Assembly: GCF_043678055.1 (NCBI RefSeq)
Contig: NZ_JBHEQA010000001.1
Coordinates: forward strand, 1,998,198 to 2,062,197
Reading direction: 5' to 3'
DNA from: Spongiimicrobium salis
Lineage (GTDB): Bacteria > Bacteroidota > Bacteroidia > Flavobacteriales > Flavobacteriaceae
Length of the DNA stretch: 64,000 bases
The position numbers were made by a program, and so were the translations under genes. Of the stretch, positions 9,727-21,597 are shown piece by piece. The first letter of the stretch is position 1. The number at the start of each line of letters is the position of its first letter. The notes below the pieces were generated by a model. That model ran no database searches. It was not told the DNA's origin and was given only the letters and a program-made list of their open reading frames with translations.

Positions 9727-10545
9727 TTGACTTTTATGAATGGCAAAAAGATATTGTTTGTATCTTCCGAATTAGTCCCTTACCTACCAGAGAATGAAGT
9801 TTCCTTAATGTCGTATGAAACACCCAAGATGGTGAATAGTAACGGAGGGCAGATTAGGATCTTTATGCCGAGGTTTGGAAATATTAATGAGCGTAGGCAT
9901 CAACTTCACGAAGTGATACGTTTATCGGGAATGAATTTGGTAATTAACGATATGGATATGCCTCTTATCATTAAAGTGGCTTCTATTCCAAAAGAACGTA
10001 TTCAAGTATATTTTATTGATAATGAAGAGTACTTCAAAAGAAAAGCAACTTTCTCGGATGAAGAGGGGAATCTTTTTCCTGATAATGATGAAAGAGCGAT
10101 CTTTTTTGCTAAAGGGGTTGTAGAAACCGTAAAGAAACTGAATTGGTCTCCCGATATTATCCATGTTCATGGTTGGATGGCCTCTTTGTTACCCCTGTAC
10201 CTGAAACAATACTATGCCGATGAACCTCTTTTTGCCGATAGCAAGATAGTAACCTCTGTTTATGGGAAAGGATTTGAAGGGAATTTGGATGAAGGCATGC
10301 AGAAGAAAATAAATTTTGATGGTGTCCAAGAAGAAAATATCCAGGCGTTGTCCACACCTAATTATAATAATTTGTTAAAGGTGGCGGTAGATTTTTCCGA
10401 TGCAGTTATATTAGCTACTGAAGATCTTCCAGAAGATTTGGAAGATCATATTTCCAACTTACAAAAACCAGTACTGCCCTATGTTCCTTTACAGGAATTT
10501 GAAGAGGCATATGCTAATTTTTATACCACTGAAGTCTTAAAATAG
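9727..10545 (+). CDS. glycogen/starch synthase-like protein, N-terminal GT5 half only (272 aa)
   Basis: KILFVSSELVPY...DIIHVHGWMASLLPLY matches the N-terminal Rossmann half of GlgA. No C-terminal GT-B half follows, because the next ORF is a different protein. Confidence 0.5.
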   Translation: MTFMNGKKILFVSSELVPYLPENEVSLMSYETPKMVNSNGGQIRIFMPRFGNINERRHQLHEVIRLSGMNLVINDMDMPLIIKVASIPKERIQVYFIDNEEYFKRKATFSDEEGNLFPDNDERAIFFAKGVVETVKKLNWSPDIIHVHGWMASLLPLYLKQYYADEPLFADSKIVTSVYGKGFEGNLDEGMQKKINFDGVQEENIQALSTPNYNNLLKVAVDFSDAVILATEDLPEDLEDHISNLQKPVLPYVPLQEFEEAYANFYTTEVLK

Positions 10546-10550
10546 ATTGC

Positions 10551-12479
10551 ATGAAATTTTTTAGAAAATCTACACTTCCTGCTATAGCAGTATTTTTGCT
10601 TGTTACAGCCTTTTTTTCTTGTGAAGAAGAATTGACCACCATAGGGGATGGGGTTATTGGAGAAGAACCTTTCAATACAGATAGGGAATCTTTCAATGTT
10701 TTTGCATACAATAAAAGAATCAATGCCGTTCAGACCAACAGATTGCTATTGTATCAACTAGGATTTTTTAATGACCCGGTCTACGGTAGAACGGAAGCAC
10801 AGATTACATCACAATTGAGCTTGCCCGCTTCTCCCGGGAATGTGGAACCTTTTTTTGGTAATGTCACCCAGGCAACGGAAGATTCTGGAGATAATATTGA
10901 GGAAAATGAACGTGTATTGGAAGTAAACCTATACATTCCCTTCCTTACCACCAATGTGGATACCGATAGGGATATGGTAGACGATGAGTTCGATGTAGAT
11001 CCTTTAGACCCCAATAGTGATAGTGATGGAGATGGTGTTACAGATGCTATCGAGGCTCAAAATGGTACAGACCCATTAAATGTAGATACTGATGGAGATG
11101 GGCTTACTGATGACGTGGATGATTTTACCTTTGGGCAACGCTTTCCACAACGTTTTGCTGTAGATAGTGTAATCGGTAATCGGGAAACGGCACGTTTTAG
11201 GGTAAATGTAGGGCGATCTACCTTCTTTTTAAGGGATTTGGATCCCAGTACTAATTTTGTTGAAAGCCAAGAGTTTTTCTCCAATCAGGAGTTTTCACCC
11301 ACATTTGTTTCCCAATCCATAGTAGGGCCTTTAGACCCCGAACAAGAGGGTATTGAACAAAGAGCCACTGCATTTAGTGATCGTCAGATTCAATTTATTA
11401 TAGCCGAAGATGATGAAGAAACAGAGGAAGATGAAACCGGGACTATTGCCAGAACCTTGCCTCCAGGATTACGTATTCCATTAGATCCAGCTTTCTTTCA
11501 GGAAAACCTATTGGATATGGAAGGAAGTCAGGAATTGTTGAGTCCGGCCAACTTCAATGATTTCCTGAGAGGGATTCATATTTCTATCACTCCCTTACCC
11601 GGAACCAATGGTGAGGTAGAAGATCTACTTTTCTTGGTGAATTTGGCCGAAGCCAACATAGAAGTAATCTATGATCATGATGTAGAAGATGATAATGATA
11701 CCCCGGACGATGCTTCGGACGATACCATAGAGAAGATGGAGCGTATGTATACGATCAATCTAGTTACCCAAACTCCTGCTCAAACCGGGCCTATACAGGG
11801 AAATGCAGTAAATACCTTTATTAGTGAAGATTACCCAGCGGCAATTAACGATCAATTGGATTCTGGGGAAAATGCATCCAGGATCTATCTTAAAGGGGGC
11901 GCTGGGGCCTATGCGGAAATTGAACTTTTTGATGAGACCGAAGAAGGAAGAAATACGGTAATTGAACAAATACGGGCCAATAATTGGATCATCAACGAGG
12001 CAAATCTGGTATTCTATGTAGATCGAGAAGAACTGGACGCTGGTATTCTGGCAAACCCCTTGGCCAGTACCAGAGAACCTTTGCGCTTGTTCCTATTCAA
12101 TGCGGAAACCAATGATGTTTTGTACAATGCCGCTATAGATCCCATAAGCACGGATAGTGGTTTGGCCAGTTTCCCTCAATATGATGGTGTTTTGGAAACC
12201 AATAGTGATGATCGGGGAATACGCTATACCATACGGATTACCAATTACCTCAATGAAATTATTCTTAGAGGTGCAGACAATGCTACCTTAGGACTTACGG
12301 TAACATCCGATATTAGAATTCCGGTAATTTCAAATGCTATGGTTTCTGATGGACAAGAAGTGACTCTTCCCACATTGGCTACAGTAAATCCCTTTGGTAC
12401 AGTTCTTTTTGGAAGTAATATTCCAGAAGATGATGAAAGAAGATTAAAACTGGAGATTTTCTACACGGAAGCAAATTAA
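10551..12479 (+). CDS. lipoprotein (DUF4270-like) carrying thrombospondin type-3-like Asp-rich calcium-binding repeats
   Basis: Lipobox FFSCEEE. DTDRDMVDDEFDVDPLDPNSDSDGDGVTDAIEAQNGTDPLNVDTDGDGLTDDVDD is a run of DxDxDG motifs. The position after the short glycogen-synthase-like gene is conserved in Flavobacteriia, as far as I recall. Confidence 0.45.
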   Translation: MKFFRKSTLPAIAVFLLVTAFFSCEEELTTIGDGVIGEEPFNTDRESFNVFAYNKRINAVQTNRLLLYQLGFFNDPVYGRTEAQITSQLSLPASPGNVEPFFGNVTQATEDSGDNIEENERVLEVNLYIPFLTTNVDTDRDMVDDEFDVDPLDPNSDSDGDGVTDAIEAQNGTDPLNVDTDGDGLTDDVDDFTFGQRFPQRFAVDSVIGNRETARFRVNVGRSTFFLRDLDPSTNFVESQEFFSNQEFSPTFVSQSIVGPLDPEQEGIEQRATAFSDRQIQFIIAEDDEETEEDETGTIARTLPPGLRIPLDPAFFQENLLDMEGSQELLSPANFNDFLRGIHISITPLPGTNGEVEDLLFLVNLAEANIEVIYDHDVEDDNDTPDDASDDTIEKMERMYTINLVTQTPAQTGPIQGNAVNTFISEDYPAAINDQLDSGENASRIYLKGGAGAYAEIELFDETEEGRNTVIEQIRANNWIINEANLVFYVDREELDAGILANPLASTREPLRLFLFNAETNDVLYNAAIDPISTDSGLASFPQYDGVLETNSDDRGIRYTIRITNYLNEIILRGADNATLGLTVTSDIRIPVISNAMVSDGQEVTLPTLATVNPFGTVLFGSNIPEDDERRLKLEIFYTEAN

Positions 12480-12559
12480 ATTAGACCAATCGTACAACTT
12501 AGCGTTTATTTCTTCGTTATCATATCCATGAAGTGATACTGGTTTTAGTGCGCTTTATG

Positions 12560-12567
12560 TAAATTTG
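12560..12567 (+). promoter_or_regulatory. candidate -7 box TAAATTTG (TAnnTTTG) upstream of glmS
   Basis: It lies 43 nt upstream of the ATG at 12611. This is a motif match only. Confidence 0.2.
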
Positions 12568-12610
12568 TTATCAGTTATAAATTGCCAATACTAAATAAAG
12601 ACAATTAAAT

Positions 12611-14458
12611 ATGTGTGGAATTGTAGGATATATAGGGCATAGAGAAGCCTATCCAATAATTATAAAGGGACTACAACGCTTGGAATATAGAGGTTATGAT
12701 AGTGCAGGAGTAGCCTTATTTGATGGAGAAGATATCAATCTTTCCAAAACGAAAGGAAAGGTGGAAGATTTAAAACAGAAGTCAGAATCAACGATTTCTT
12801 TAAAAGGAAACTTGGGTATTGGGCATACCAGATGGGCTACCCATGGTGTTCCCAACGATGTCAATTCCCATCCGCATTTTTCCAATTCAGGAGACTTGGT
12901 AATTATTCACAATGGTATCATTGAGAATTATGAATCCATTAAAAAGGAGTTGGTCAAACGTGGATATGTTTTTCAGTCTGAAACGGATACCGAAGTTTTG
13001 ATCAACCTAATTGAGGAAGTAAAGAAGAAAGAGAATGTAAAATTAGGTAAGGCTGTACAAATAGCCCTGCAACAAGTAGTGGGAGCCTATGCCATTGCCG
13101 TTTTTGATCGACAAAAACCCGATGAGATCGTTGTGGCTAAACTGGGAAGCCCCTTGGCTATTGGAATAGGGGAAAACGAATATTTTATTGCTTCCGATGC
13201 TTCACCTTTTATTGAGTTTACCAACAATGCAGTATATCTTGAAGATGAGGAGATGGCCATTGTTCGTCTGGGTAAAGAAATCAAGCTTCGAAAAATAAAA
13301 GATGATGCTATAGCCTATCCTAATATTTTAGAATTGGAAATGAACATAGAGGCAATTGAAAAAGGAGGCTATGATCATTTTATGTTAAAGGAAATTTATG
13401 AACAGCCAAGAGCAATTTTAGATACATATCGTGGACGTTTACGACCTGATCAGGGAATCATTAAAATGGCGGGATTGGATGAGAATCTCGAAAAATTCCT
13501 GAACGCAAATAGAATTATTATCGTAGCCTGTGGTACTTCCTGGCATGCCGGATTGGTCGCAGAGTACATTTTTGAGGATTTGGCACGGATTCCTGTAGAA
13601 GTTGAATATGCTTCCGAGTTCCGCTATAGAAATCCAGTGATTACGGAAAACGATGTTTTGATCGCGATTTCCCAATCTGGGGAAACGGCAGATACCTTAG
13701 CGGCCATAAAATTGGCCAAGGAAAAAGGTGCTTTTGTGTTTGGAGTATGTAATGTAGTGGGGTCTTCCATTGCCAGAGAAACCCATGCTGGGGCATATAC
13801 CCACGCTGGTCCTGAAATCGGAGTGGCTTCTACTAAAGCGTTTACTACACAAATTACCGTACTTACCCTTTTGGCCTTAAAACTGGCGAAGGAAAAAGGC
13901 GTGTTTTCGGAATCTAAATTCCATGAGTTTTTAGTGGAATTGGAAGGCATCCCCTCAAAAGTGGAAAAAACACTAGAGTCCAATGCGCTCGTAGAAATCA
14001 TAGCGGATGTATATAAGGATTCTTCCAATTGCCTGTATTTGGGAAGGGGATATAATTTTCCGGTAGCTCTTGAAGGAGCTTTGAAACTAAAGGAAATCAG
14101 TTATATCCACGCAGAAGGATATCCTGCTGCAGAAATGAAGCATGGGCCTATAGCCCTTATCGATGAACAAATGCCGGTAATCGTAATTGCAACCAAGAAA
14201 GGGCATTATGAGAAGGTGGTGAGTAATATTCAAGAAATTAAATCCAGAAAAGGAAAAATCATTGCCGTGGTGACCGAAGGTGATGAAACGGTAAAAGAAT
14301 TGGCCGATCATGTGGTGGAAGTGCCAGAAACTTTGGAAACCTTAACGCCTTTGTTGACCACAATACCTTTACAATTGTTGTCTTACCATATTGCGGTAAT
14401 GCGCGATTGTAATGTAGATCAACCACGTAATTTGGCAAAATCAGTGACCGTGGAATAA
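12611..14458 (+). CDS. glmS: glutamine--fructose-6-phosphate aminotransferase (isomerizing)
   Basis: MCGIVGYIG provides the N-terminal Cys nucleophile. Two SIS domains follow and the protein ends in VE. Confidence 0.95.
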   Translation: MCGIVGYIGHREAYPIIIKGLQRLEYRGYDSAGVALFDGEDINLSKTKGKVEDLKQKSESTISLKGNLGIGHTRWATHGVPNDVNSHPHFSNSGDLVIIHNGIIENYESIKKELVKRGYVFQSETDTEVLINLIEEVKKKENVKLGKAVQIALQQVVGAYAIAVFDRQKPDEIVVAKLGSPLAIGIGENEYFIASDASPFIEFTNNAVYLEDEEMAIVRLGKEIKLRKIKDDAIAYPNILELEMNIEAIEKGGYDHFMLKEIYEQPRAILDTYRGRLRPDQGIIKMAGLDENLEKFLNANRIIIVACGTSWHAGLVAEYIFEDLARIPVEVEYASEFRYRNPVITENDVLIAISQSGETADTLAAIKLAKEKGAFVFGVCNVVGSSIARETHAGAYTHAGPEIGVASTKAFTTQITVLTLLALKLAKEKGVFSESKFHEFLVELEGIPSKVEKTLESNALVEIIADVYKDSSNCLYLGRGYNFPVALEGALKLKEISYIHAEGYPAAEMKHGPIALIDEQMPVIVIATKKGHYEKVVSNIQEIKSRKGKIIAVVTEGDETVKELADHVVEVPETLETLTPLLTTIPLQLLSYHIAVMRDCNVDQPRNLAKSVTVE

Positions 14459-14485
14459 GAATTTTGTAATGTTAATATTACATAG

Positions 14486-14517
14486 GCCGTGAAAAAAATC
14501 ACGGCCTATTTTTTTTA
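14486..14517 (+). terminator. rho-independent terminator after glmS
   Basis: GGCCGTGAaaaaaaTCACGGCC hairpin followed by TATTTTTTTTAT. Confidence 0.6.
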
Positions 14518-14565
14518 TGAATTGAGAATACCTTACTTTTAAGAAGGATAATTTATCATAAAAGT

Positions 14566-14581
14566 ATTATGCATGCATAAT
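14566..14581. promoter_or_regulatory. perfect 16-bp palindrome ATTATGCATGCATAAT upstream of the TonB-dependent receptor gene
   Basis: Seen directly in the sequence. It lies 75 nt upstream of the start at 14656. It is a candidate dimeric regulator site. Confidence 0.3.
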
Positions 14582-14655
14582 TTTTTTCATTTTCCTATTG
14601 TTGGAATGAAAAAAACTGTATATTGCTTGTTAACTAATTTTAACATATTCAAAAT

Positions 14656-17406
14656 ATGAGAACAATACTCTTTTTCTCCTTTTTAATGCTTGGGATGGTC
14701 GGCTTTTCCCAAACCACCATAAAAGGGAAAGTGGTTGATCAAAATGACACGCCGGTAGCAGGGGCCAACATTGTAATTGTTGGAAAGTCTATTGGAACTG
14801 TAACTGATTTTGACGGCCTGTTTACTTTACAAACATCTGAAGTTCCCCCCTTTCAATTAAGGGTTAGTAATCTTGGGTACACTACCGTTACCATGGACGT
14901 AACGGAAAACAACCAAACACTTAACATTATACTTGCCGAGGCGCAAACCTTGCTGGATGAAATTGTGGTTTCTGCTTCGCGTACTCCTGAGCGTATTTTT
15001 GAATCCCCGGTTTCTGTGGAGCGCTTTGGTTTAAAGGAAATTAAAAATACATCATCAGCTTCTTTCTACAGCGGTTTGGAAAATTTGAAAGGAGTGGATA
15101 TCAATACAAACAGTTTAACCTTCCAATCGATCAATACGAGAGGTTTTGCTGATTTTGCCAACACGCGTTTCCTGCAATTGATCGATGGAATGGATAATTC
15201 GGCGCCAGGACTAAATTTTGTTCTTGGTAACTTGGTCGGGGTATCCGAATTGGATGTGCAGAGTGCTGAGATCTTACCGGGAGCCTCTTCGGCCTTGTAC
15301 GGGGCTGGCGCTTTTAATGGAGTATTGTTTTTAAGTACTAAAAGCCCTTTTGATTTTCAGGGAATAAGCTCTTATTTAAAGACAGGACTCACTTCTCAAG
15401 AAGCAGCAGGAGATAATAATTACTATGATGTGGGAATCCGAGCGGCCCATGCATTCAGTGACAAGTTAGCCGTCAAAGCGAATTTTTCGTATTTAAAAGG
15501 AGAAGATTGGCACGCCAATAATTTTGAGGATATCGGGAATCCTGGTGGAACCCGAACGGATCCCAATTTTGACGGCCTTAACATTTATGGAGACGAGGTA
15601 TCCACTTTGTTGAATTTTGATGCTTTGGGAGGGTTGCCTTCAGGAACTGTAGGTTCTGCCGAAGTATCCCGAACAGGATATGCCGAGCAGGATTTAGTAA
15701 ACTATGATGCGGAAAGCGTTAAATTCGATGGGTCCATCCACTATCGCCCGTTGGGAGATGATTTGGAAATTGCACTGAATTCAAGAATCGGTAGAGGAAA
15801 TACCATTTACCAAGGAGCTAATAGATATTCTATTCAAGGATTTATTTTTCAACAACATAAATTAGAAGTAAAGAACAAGAATTTCTTCCTAAGAGGATAT
15901 ATCACTTCGGAGGGTTCTGGGAATTCATATGATACTCGTTTTACGGGAATCAATATCAATAGAGCGTGGAAATCAGATGTAGATTGGTTCGGGGATTATG
16001 CCCGTACTTTTATTGGGGCGCGTTTAGGTGTAGGCACCGGTGTGCAATTGGATGAAGCCACAGCCCATGCCCTAGCTAGACAGGCCGCAGATACCGGACG
16101 TTTTGTTCCTGGATCTTCTGAATTTCAAGCCGCCTTTGATAGAATTACGGCTGATGGGGATTTAACAACAGGTTCCCGTTTTATCGATAATACAAAACTA
16201 CGTCATGTAGCAGGGAATTATAATTTTACGCATCTTACCGGTGATGTTGTAGATATTCAAGTGGGAGGTTCCTACCGTCAATATGATCTGCGTTCTGGAG
16301 GAACTATCTTTACCGATACCGACGGACCCATTAAATATGACGAAGTTGGTGCATATGTACAATTACAAAAGAAATTATTGGACGAGCGTCTAAAATTGAC
16401 CGGATCGCTACGTTACGATAAGAATGAATTTTTTGATGGCTTTCTCTCCCCAAGATTATCGGCTGTTGTTACCTTAGGAGAGCGCAGAAATCACAGTATC
16501 CGGGCTTCGGTTCAGCAAGGGTTTAGAAATCCTACCACTCAGGATCTTTTTATTGGGTTAAATGTTGGAAATGCCATATTGGTGGGATCTGCCCCAACAA
16601 ATTTAGATCGCTATTCCCAAGATTTTGATATTAGCGCTCCAGGTCAAGCCGCTACAGGTCAGAGTGTGGCAACATTAACGGGAAGAGATGCCTATGAAAA
16701 TGCATTTTCGTTGAGTTCGGTACAAGCGGGTGCCCCTACAACGGTGAATACTGATTTGGTACAACCAGAAGAAGTAACTGCATACGAGGCAGGATATCGT
16801 GCACAACTAGGTAAGGTTTCCATAGATGTTAGCGGTTATTATAACCGATATAAAAACTTTATTTCCAACACTCGTGTGATTTCTCCTTTATATGGGGAAG
16901 CAGGAGATAATGGACTTTCTTTACTGGCTTTGCAAAATGGTGATTTTACAGTTTTTCAGACCTATACCAATTCTTTGGCAGATATTGAATCTTATGGTGT
17001 GACCTTGGGAGTAGATACCAAGGTTTTTGGAAATTTTGATTTAGGTGTAAACTATACTTTCACTGATCTTGAATTTGATCAAGCAAGTTTCCCTGATTTT
17101 AGAACACAATTTAATACACCTAACCATAAGGTAAAAGCTTCTTTTGGGAACACAGCGCTCTTCGAGAATTTTGGTTTTAATATCAATTACCGTTGGAGCG
17201 ACTCTTATTTCTGGCAAGCTACTTTTGCGGATGGCAACGTACCATCATTTACGGTATTGGACGCTCAAATGAATTATGCCGTGCCCAGTATCAAATCCGT
17301 TTTTAAAGTTGGAGCTTCCAACTTGTTGAACGAGGAATATTTTACAGCGGTCGGAACAGGAAATGTTGGAGCCATCTACTACGTTTCTTGGACGATAAAC
17401 CAGTAA
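14656..17406 (+). CDS. TonB-dependent outer membrane receptor with N-terminal carboxypeptidase-regulatory-like domain
   Basis: Signal peptide. TIKGKVVDQNDTPVAGANIVI is CarboxypepD_reg-like. DEIVVSASRTPE is the plug. The 916-aa barrel ends in a C-terminal aromatic residue. No SusD-like partner follows. Confidence 0.8.
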   Translation: MRTILFFSFLMLGMVGFSQTTIKGKVVDQNDTPVAGANIVIVGKSIGTVTDFDGLFTLQTSEVPPFQLRVSNLGYTTVTMDVTENNQTLNIILAEAQTLLDEIVVSASRTPERIFESPVSVERFGLKEIKNTSSASFYSGLENLKGVDINTNSLTFQSINTRGFADFANTRFLQLIDGMDNSAPGLNFVLGNLVGVSELDVQSAEILPGASSALYGAGAFNGVLFLSTKSPFDFQGISSYLKTGLTSQEAAGDNNYYDVGIRAAHAFSDKLAVKANFSYLKGEDWHANNFEDIGNPGGTRTDPNFDGLNIYGDEVSTLLNFDALGGLPSGTVGSAEVSRTGYAEQDLVNYDAESVKFDGSIHYRPLGDDLEIALNSRIGRGNTIYQGANRYSIQGFIFQQHKLEVKNKNFFLRGYITSEGSGNSYDTRFTGININRAWKSDVDWFGDYARTFIGARLGVGTGVQLDEATAHALARQAADTGRFVPGSSEFQAAFDRITADGDLTTGSRFIDNTKLRHVAGNYNFTHLTGDVVDIQVGGSYRQYDLRSGGTIFTDTDGPIKYDEVGAYVQLQKKLLDERLKLTGSLRYDKNEFFDGFLSPRLSAVVTLGERRNHSIRASVQQGFRNPTTQDLFIGLNVGNAILVGSAPTNLDRYSQDFDISAPGQAATGQSVATLTGRDAYENAFSLSSVQAGAPTTVNTDLVQPEEVTAYEAGYRAQLGKVSIDVSGYYNRYKNFISNTRVISPLYGEAGDNGLSLLALQNGDFTVFQTYTNSLADIESYGVTLGVDTKVFGNFDLGVNYTFTDLEFDQASFPDFRTQFNTPNHKVKASFGNTALFENFGFNINYRWSDSYFWQATFADGNVPSFTVLDAQMNYAVPSIKSVFKVGASNLLNEEYFTAVGTGNVGAIYYVSWTINQ

Positions 17407-17429
17407 AAAACATAGAAATTAAAATATAA

Positions 17430-17458
17430 AAGGCGCTGTTTATCCAGCGCCTTTTTTC
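17430..17458 (+). terminator. rho-independent terminator after the TonB-dependent receptor gene
   Basis: GGCGCTGtttatcCAGCGCC followed by TTTTTTC. Confidence 0.55.
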
Positions 17459-17575
17459 ATTGCTAAAAAAAGCGGTAAAACCATTTCTATTTAAAAGGGA
17501 ATACCATATCTTTGCAGCCTGAAAAACAAACGGGTAAAGAAATGAGCCCAATGGTTTTAAAAGCAATAATTCTAA

Positions 17576-19102
<1,527 letters not shown>

Positions 19103-19130
19103 GTAGAATAACGTATACAATACTAAAAAA

Positions 19131-19406
19131 ATGTATTTAGAAATCGTATCACCAGAAGCTACATTATTTGCAGGAGAAGTTACCTCAGTAACGGTACCTG
19201 GAGTTAATGGAGAATTTCAAATGCTGACCAACCACGCTCCTATCGTTTCATTGCTTCAAGAAGGCACTGTTAAGATTCAAGGAGATATCACTATCGATGA
19301 GGCATATCAAGATAAATTTTCCAGTATGGACGGGAAAACTATTTTGCCTATCAATAGTGGAACCATAGAGATGAAAGACAATAAAGTGATTGTCTTGGCA
19401 GATTAA
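19131..19406 (+). CDS. atpC: F0F1 ATP synthase subunit epsilon (short form)
   Basis: A 91-aa beta-sandwich N-terminal-domain-like sequence lies immediately downstream of atpD. Confidence 0.8.
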   Translation: MYLEIVSPEATLFAGEVTSVTVPGVNGEFQMLTNHAPIVSLLQEGTVKIQGDITIDEAYQDKFSSMDGKTILPINSGTIEMKDNKVIVLAD

Positions 19407-19430
19407 TACTTTTTTTTTAAAATATAGAGA

Positions 19431-19464
19431 AAGCCTTGGTATATATGCCAAGGCTTTTTTGTTT
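19431..19464 (+). terminator. rho-independent terminator after atpC
   Basis: AGCCTTGGtatatatgCCAAGGCT followed by TTTTTTGTTT. Confidence 0.65.
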
Positions 19465-19670
19465 CCCAATATGGGATAACTTTCCTTTCCACTCCTTTTA
19501 ATTCTCCCATGCTATGGGGAATAAAAGACCATCTAAACTACTCGACTTTATCTTGTTTGACGAAAATAAGAGCTGAAGGCACGATTTTTGATGAATACTT
19601 TCTACCTCCAAATACTACTACTTTTCATGGCGATCAAGTTGAATAGGATGTCAATTAAATACAACCAGAT

Positions 19671-21032
19671 ATGAAAGTACAAATTTGCCTGATGATGGGC
19701 TTCCTCTGCAGTCTATGGAGCAACGCACAAGAACTTGAATGTAAAGAAAATCTCTCTATTTATGACGGTTATGTAAAAACCAAAAGATATGGGGAAGCTT
19801 ATGAACCTTGGAAAAAAGTGTATGATAGCTGCCCTGATATACATTGGGCCAATTTTTCCTATGGAGAGCGAATTTTGGAATACAAAATAGAAGAGGCCAA
19901 TACTGAAGCGAAAAGTAGGTACATCAATGATTTAATTGAGCTGTACAACAATAGCATAAATTATTTTCCCGAAAAAAAATCGCAAACGGAAGTGATGGTT
20001 GATATTGTGCTCTTGAAATACAAACATAAATTGATTATCACTAAGGAAATTTATGCACAATTAGATCAGGCATTTAAGAAAGGGGCAAAGCATTTCAAAG
20101 ACCCTAAAGCGCTTTTCCTTTATTTTTCCAGTGCTGTGGATCTATATGAAGCCAAGCATACGAGAATTGAGGTGGTGTTCGAAGTCTACGATAAGGTTAC
20201 TGAGAGAATCACTGAAGAGAACACTACATTGACAGCGGCCATCGGGAAGTTGTTGATGAAAGAAGAGCAAGGGAATTTGAATACAAAAGAATCAAGAAAA
20301 CTGAAATCCTATACCAGTTATTCCAGTTATTATGGAAAGATTTTAAATAGCATTGAAGTAAAGTTGGGAAATTTGGCAGCTTGTGAGAACCTTATTCCTT
20401 TCTACGAAAATAGATTCGAAGAACGAAAAGAAGATATCGTATGGATTAAAAAAGCGGTGGGGAGATTGTTTGCCAAAGATTGCCTGGAAGCACCCATATT
20501 CCAAAAGTTGTTTGATGCGCAATTACAATTAGATCCTTCTGCGGATGCTTTTCTGTATAGCGGTATTTTAAAGCAGCGAAAAGGAGATGACCCTGGCGCC
20601 ATTGCGGATTTCAATAAGGCAATGGAGTTGGAAACCAATGCCTTGAAAAAATCCAATATTGCCTATAAAATTGCAAGTGCCTACGAAAAAAAGAACAAAC
20701 CCAAAGCAAGGAATTTTGCGCAAAAGGCCATCGAAGCAAACCCAGCACATGGTAACGCTTTTTTGCTGATTGCCAGGTTGTATGCCAATAGTGCCAATAT
20801 TTGCGGGGACAATGCTTTTGATAAAAGAGCTTTGTATTGGAAAGCGGCAGATTTGGCACGTAGAGCAGCTAAAGTAGACCCTTCATTAAGTATAAGGGCT
20901 AGTAAGGCAATAGAAAGTTATGAAGGAAGAGCTCCAACCAAGGAGATGATTTTTACACGGAATATGGCAGGTAAAACCGTCTACTTTAAATGTTGGGTGG
21001 GGGGTAGTATTGTAGTGCCAAAACTTGAATGA
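19671..21032 (+). CDS. secreted hypothetical protein with TPR-like helical repeats
   Basis: It has a signal peptide and predicted alpha-helical repeat content. No catalytic motif was recognised. Confidence 0.35.
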   Translation: MKVQICLMMGFLCSLWSNAQELECKENLSIYDGYVKTKRYGEAYEPWKKVYDSCPDIHWANFSYGERILEYKIEEANTEAKSRYINDLIELYNNSINYFPEKKSQTEVMVDIVLLKYKHKLIITKEIYAQLDQAFKKGAKHFKDPKALFLYFSSAVDLYEAKHTRIEVVFEVYDKVTERITEENTTLTAAIGKLLMKEEQGNLNTKESRKLKSYTSYSSYYGKILNSIEVKLGNLAACENLIPFYENRFEERKEDIVWIKKAVGRLFAKDCLEAPIFQKLFDAQLQLDPSADAFLYSGILKQRKGDDPGAIADFNKAMELETNALKKSNIAYKIASAYEKKNKPKARNFAQKAIEANPAHGNAFLLIARLYANSANICGDNAFDKRALYWKAADLARRAAKVDPSLSIRASKAIESYEGRAPTKEMIFTRNMAGKTVYFKCWVGGSIVVPKLE

Positions 21033-21050
21033 CCTTTGAACATACATGGT

Positions 21051-21590
21051 TTACCAATCCCAGTTCACCAATTCCCAGGAAGTTCCATCGGTTATTTGGG
21101 TATCCAGAACTTTAAATCCGACACTCTGATGTGCTCCTAAGGACCGCTTGTTTGCAGTGGCCACTTCGGTAAATAGGCAATCGTATATGCTACTCAATTG
21201 ATCTTTATAGTAAGCATACATGCTTTTAAAAATACCCATTTTGCGATAGGGTTTATCAATACAAACCTGCCCCATGACCACATAGTTTTTTCCTTTTAAC
21301 AATTTGTCCGCAGTCTCGAACATAGGTGCTAAAACGGGCATTTCATTGCGGAAAGATTGTAGCATGACCAGGGCATACCCTGCAACCGTATCTCCATCCT
21401 TGGCAAGGATGTGGGGACAGGCATCATTCATTTTTTTAAGAATTTCAAAATCATGACCCACGGTAATAAATCCTTCAATTTTATCTTCCCCCTCCTGCAA
21501 ATGGGCTTTGATATTGCGTTTTTGAATGGCTAGGATCTGAGTTAGCTCTTCATCCGACGAAGCTCTGGTGTACTGAATGGAAGTAGACAT
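21051..21590 (-). CDS. GNAT family N-acetyltransferase
   Basis: It is 179 aa. The acetyl-CoA binding region resembles VMGQVCIDKPYRKMGIFKSM (the Q/RxxGxG/A-like motif). Confidence 0.55.
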   Translation of the reverse strand: MSTSIQYTRASSDEELTQILAIQKRNIKAHLQEGEDKIEGFITVGHDFEILKKMNDACPHILAKDGDTVAGYALVMLQSFRNEMPVLAPMFETADKLLKGKNYVVMGQVCIDKPYRKMGIFKSMYAYYKDQLSSIYDCLFTEVATANKRSLGAHQSVGFKVLDTQITDGTSWELVNWDW

Positions 21591-21597
21591 AACAACC

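Noticed and set aside
12480-12610. Possible glmS ribozyme upstream of glmS.
   Set aside because: The glmS ribozyme is essentially restricted to Firmicutes and relatives. The 130-nt leader here is AT-rich with no obvious P1-P4 pseudoknot architecture. Only a TAnnTTTG promoter motif is visible.
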